64,000 nucleotides of DNA from positions 15,314,001-15,378,000 of the forward strand of contig OZ038378.1 in NCBI GenBank assembly GCA_964036045.1, in the 5' to 3' direction. A program made the translations under genes and the position numbers. Below the pieces are notes generated by a model. That model had not been told where the DNA came from and ran no database searches. It was given only the letters and a program-made list of their open reading frames with translations. The DNA is from Eutreptiella sp. 'Long Island Sound 2002'. Taxonomy: Eukaryota > Protista > Euglenida. Positions 61,401 to 64,000 of the stretch are shown piece after piece (the stretch's first letter is position 1; every line of letters begins with the position of its first letter).

Positions 61401-62804
61401 TTGCCCTCGTCTTTTCCTTGAACCCTTGCCCTTTGCAGGCAACAGTGCACATTGGCCTCTCACCACCTAGTGCCCTTGATTTGCTGAGTGTTAGTGCTTA
61501 GTGTTCCCTGTATTTACCTCCCTACACTCCTTTCCTTTCCCTTGGTCGGTTGCTCCAATGGAGCGCCCGGAGTGTCCCTGTTTAACCACTATGTGTCAAG
61601 TACACATAGAGGAGGGCAACGGCCCTTGCCATAGGCTCAGTGTGTCCAAGCAGACACCCCATCCTAGCGGTGGAGGATCCTGCCACAACTGGATATCCAC
61701 TTGCAGGGTCACTTCCCCAACGGGGGCACATAGTAACCTTCATTTTGCCCTTCCTGCTCTCGGTCCTCCTTGTGGTGAGTGCAGTGTATTTCCTCATTAT
61801 TGTACCCCCAACCCCTTACCCCATCCCCCTATACCCATGGTGTGTGCACTGTATGTCCATCCCCTCGTACAGCACATGTAGCACCGGCGGTGATGGGTGG
61901 TTGTGATTGGTGATGTGGCTTTGGCCGCTTGCTAGTGCTGGCCCACATATCCCAGCATGCACCGGGGGGGAATTCATGATCAAACTGGTGCATTGACATT
62001 GGCTATTGGCTGGAGTGGCGGTGGTATACCGTACCATAGCGCCTGCCAGCGGCCAAAAGGTCAAGACCGGCGCGTAAGAACACCGCACTTCTTTTCTTTG
62101 TATACCACCCCTCCTTGTTTTGATGTACCCATCCTGCATGACCCATTAACTGATAATACCCCCCCCCACCACTGTGAATGGAGAAGTGAGACATTGCCCA
62201 AGATCAATTCAGTCCGCTTCTTAATACTGAGTTGTAACAATTTGCAATTTTATTGGGAGGACTTCAAACAATAAACATGGACGTGTTGTACATCCTGCTA
62301 CTGCTGCTACTGCTGCTACTGTGACCATTGACCATGTTGTTGTTGTTCTCCCTGACACCTTTGTCCTTGCACCCCGTTTCACATGTTGTGACACCATGTC
62401 TATGATCATCCTCTGTTCCATGCGTTCCATGCATTCTGTTCACTGACACCATCATCTGACTGCATTTCCCACAAACCTTGTCTCTTTTGCCCGCCCTTCA
62501 TCTCTCCTTTCCCTGCATCCCTTCCCACTGTTTTGTATCCGGCTTTTTGTTCCCAACCGCCTTTCCAGACCCCAGTGGCCGCTTCTGCCACAGCCCCTTC
62601 AGTCTTTCCTTTCTTCAAGCATAGGCCGTCCTCCATCTCTGAGGGAAGGGACGGCGCGTGCTGGTCAAGTTTTCGGGCCTAGACGCTTTCGACTGGCACG
62701 ATAGGTTGATTTGGCTTCTGAGGTGACAAGTTCTGGTCTAGTTTGGGGCTTCTGTAGGCATGAGTGAAGCCTGGGACATCTGCCCCTGCCTCCTGCCATC
62801 GTAG

Positions 62805-63193
62805 GTGTTCGGAGGCAGCAACTGCGAGAAGTGCCGGTGCCTAAATCAGGGCGTGTGCGCGCCCTCTGGCGACTACTGCCAGTGCCCTGGGGCCTGGGGC
62901 GGGCCGATCTGTCAGGAGTGCCACTGCCCCAGGGGCCAGTACTGCGATGACGCTGGCAACTGCCTGGACTGCGTGGTGGACGAGTGCGGCGAGTGCTTCG
63001 GGACAGGCCGGTGCAGCACCGCGCCGACGCGCAGCGGCGCTGCGGACGCGGGGGAACTCGAGATGGACCTGTTCTTTGGCCTCACCGGGGCCCTCTCGAC
63101 CGCGCCGCGCTCCGTGATCCTCGCCAACGGCTTTGACAGGTATCTGGGGCCCCGCCCCGCTTCGAATCCCAGGGAGAGTGCAGAGGTGGTGCG
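62805..63193 (+). CDS. Dispatched/Patched-like protein, exon 6 (EGF-like repeats); donor at 63140 or 63194, both phase 2
   Basis: CEKCRCLNQGVC...CQCPGAWGGPICQEC...DECGEC. TAG acceptor. Donors AG|GTATCT and CG|GTGAGT. Confidence 0.8.
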
Positions 63194-63478
63194 GTGAGTC
63201 CTTGTACTGCATAGCCCAGGCCGCGTGGGCGTGGCAGGCACGCCTTTCTCAAGGGTGTAGAGCATGAGCACAGGCAGTGCTGAGTCCACGAGAACGGATG
63301 CGCCAGGTCACGGCCAGGCCTTCTCGCAGGTGACCTGAGCTGGTTGAGCCTCTGACTGGGGCGTCGGGTCTGCCGCCATCTCATTTGAGAGGCAGGGCTG
63401 GAGCCACAGGTACCTCATCTCACGAGTTGCGCTCATGAATATGCATTCCTTCCCTGGCGCACCACAACCGCTGGACAG

Positions 63479-63785
63479 GTACCGGACCGAGGTCTCCGGG
63501 CAGATCGACCCGGACTTCGACGTGTCCGATTTGGATGTGCAAAGGTTCGGGGTGCAAGTTTGCATCGCGATGCACAGCCACCCCAAGATCAAGAGCAAGG
63601 CCGGCTTCTGCTTCTTTACGGAGTTCCAAAGTTGGGTGGAGCGGCAAGGCCGGGAGGCGAGCTTCCCCATCCGGGCCGAGAACCACACCGTGTTCGCTCA
63701 GAGGGTGTGGCAGTTCGTCGAGGAGCGCAACCTGTGGAAGCATGTGGCCTTCAACCACTTCCATCCCGACCACCCCGACTTGAAG
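63479..63785 (+). CDS. Dispatched/Patched-like protein, exon 7 (luminal loop 2 core); gene continues beyond window
   Basis: FDVSDLDVQ...C...CFFTEFQSWV...FP...F resembles the Dispatched second ectodomain. Phase 2 acceptor; AAG|GT donor at 63786. Confidence 0.75.
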
Positions 63786-64000
63786 GTGCTTGTCCCACTC
63801 CGTGTTGCTGCCTCCGCTTCCCTACGCATTTTGCGGCGCTCCGCTTTCGTGCCCCGTTTGCACCCTTTTGGCATCGGTCATCACGTCTGATCCATCATCA
63901 TCATCATCACCGTCAAGGGGGCGGTGGGGTGGTAACGAGCACTCTGACCTGTTCCGGAGTTCTGTGCAATGAGTTTGACCGATACAGCGCTGCAATTACC

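Overview
Repeat-rich eukaryotic nuclear DNA. It is most consistent with a photosynthetic euglenid (Euglena/Eutreptiella-like); this is an inference from a class-I tripartite plastid presequence, AG acceptors just upstream of both start codons (trans-splice-like), and TTAGGG-type repeats. Two + strand host genes can be assembled with GT-AG introns and consistent phases. (1) A plastid-targeted protein with only a Lon N-terminal (substrate-binding) domain, 12566-22729. (2) A Dispatched/Patched-like sterol-sensing-domain membrane protein, 34797 to beyond the window end, with a degenerate GxxxDD motif and an EGF/Cys-rich module inserted in its second luminal loop. The rest is transposon debris and satellites: a hAT element with 8-bp TSD, a TA-flanked TIR element, MULE-like, piggyBac and Harbinger/ISL2EU fragments, a Penelope-like RT with YVDN in place of YxDD, a long-TIR element carrying a Ulp1-like protease, tRNA-like SINE heads, long near-perfect palindromes, and a ~6.9-kb intronic 33-bp minisatellite with higher-order structure. 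The most striking structure is a nest in which two diverged members of one family sit head-to-tail inside a telomere-like (CCCTAA/CCCTAG)n tract of another family. All family assignments are by eye from motifs; no database search was run.
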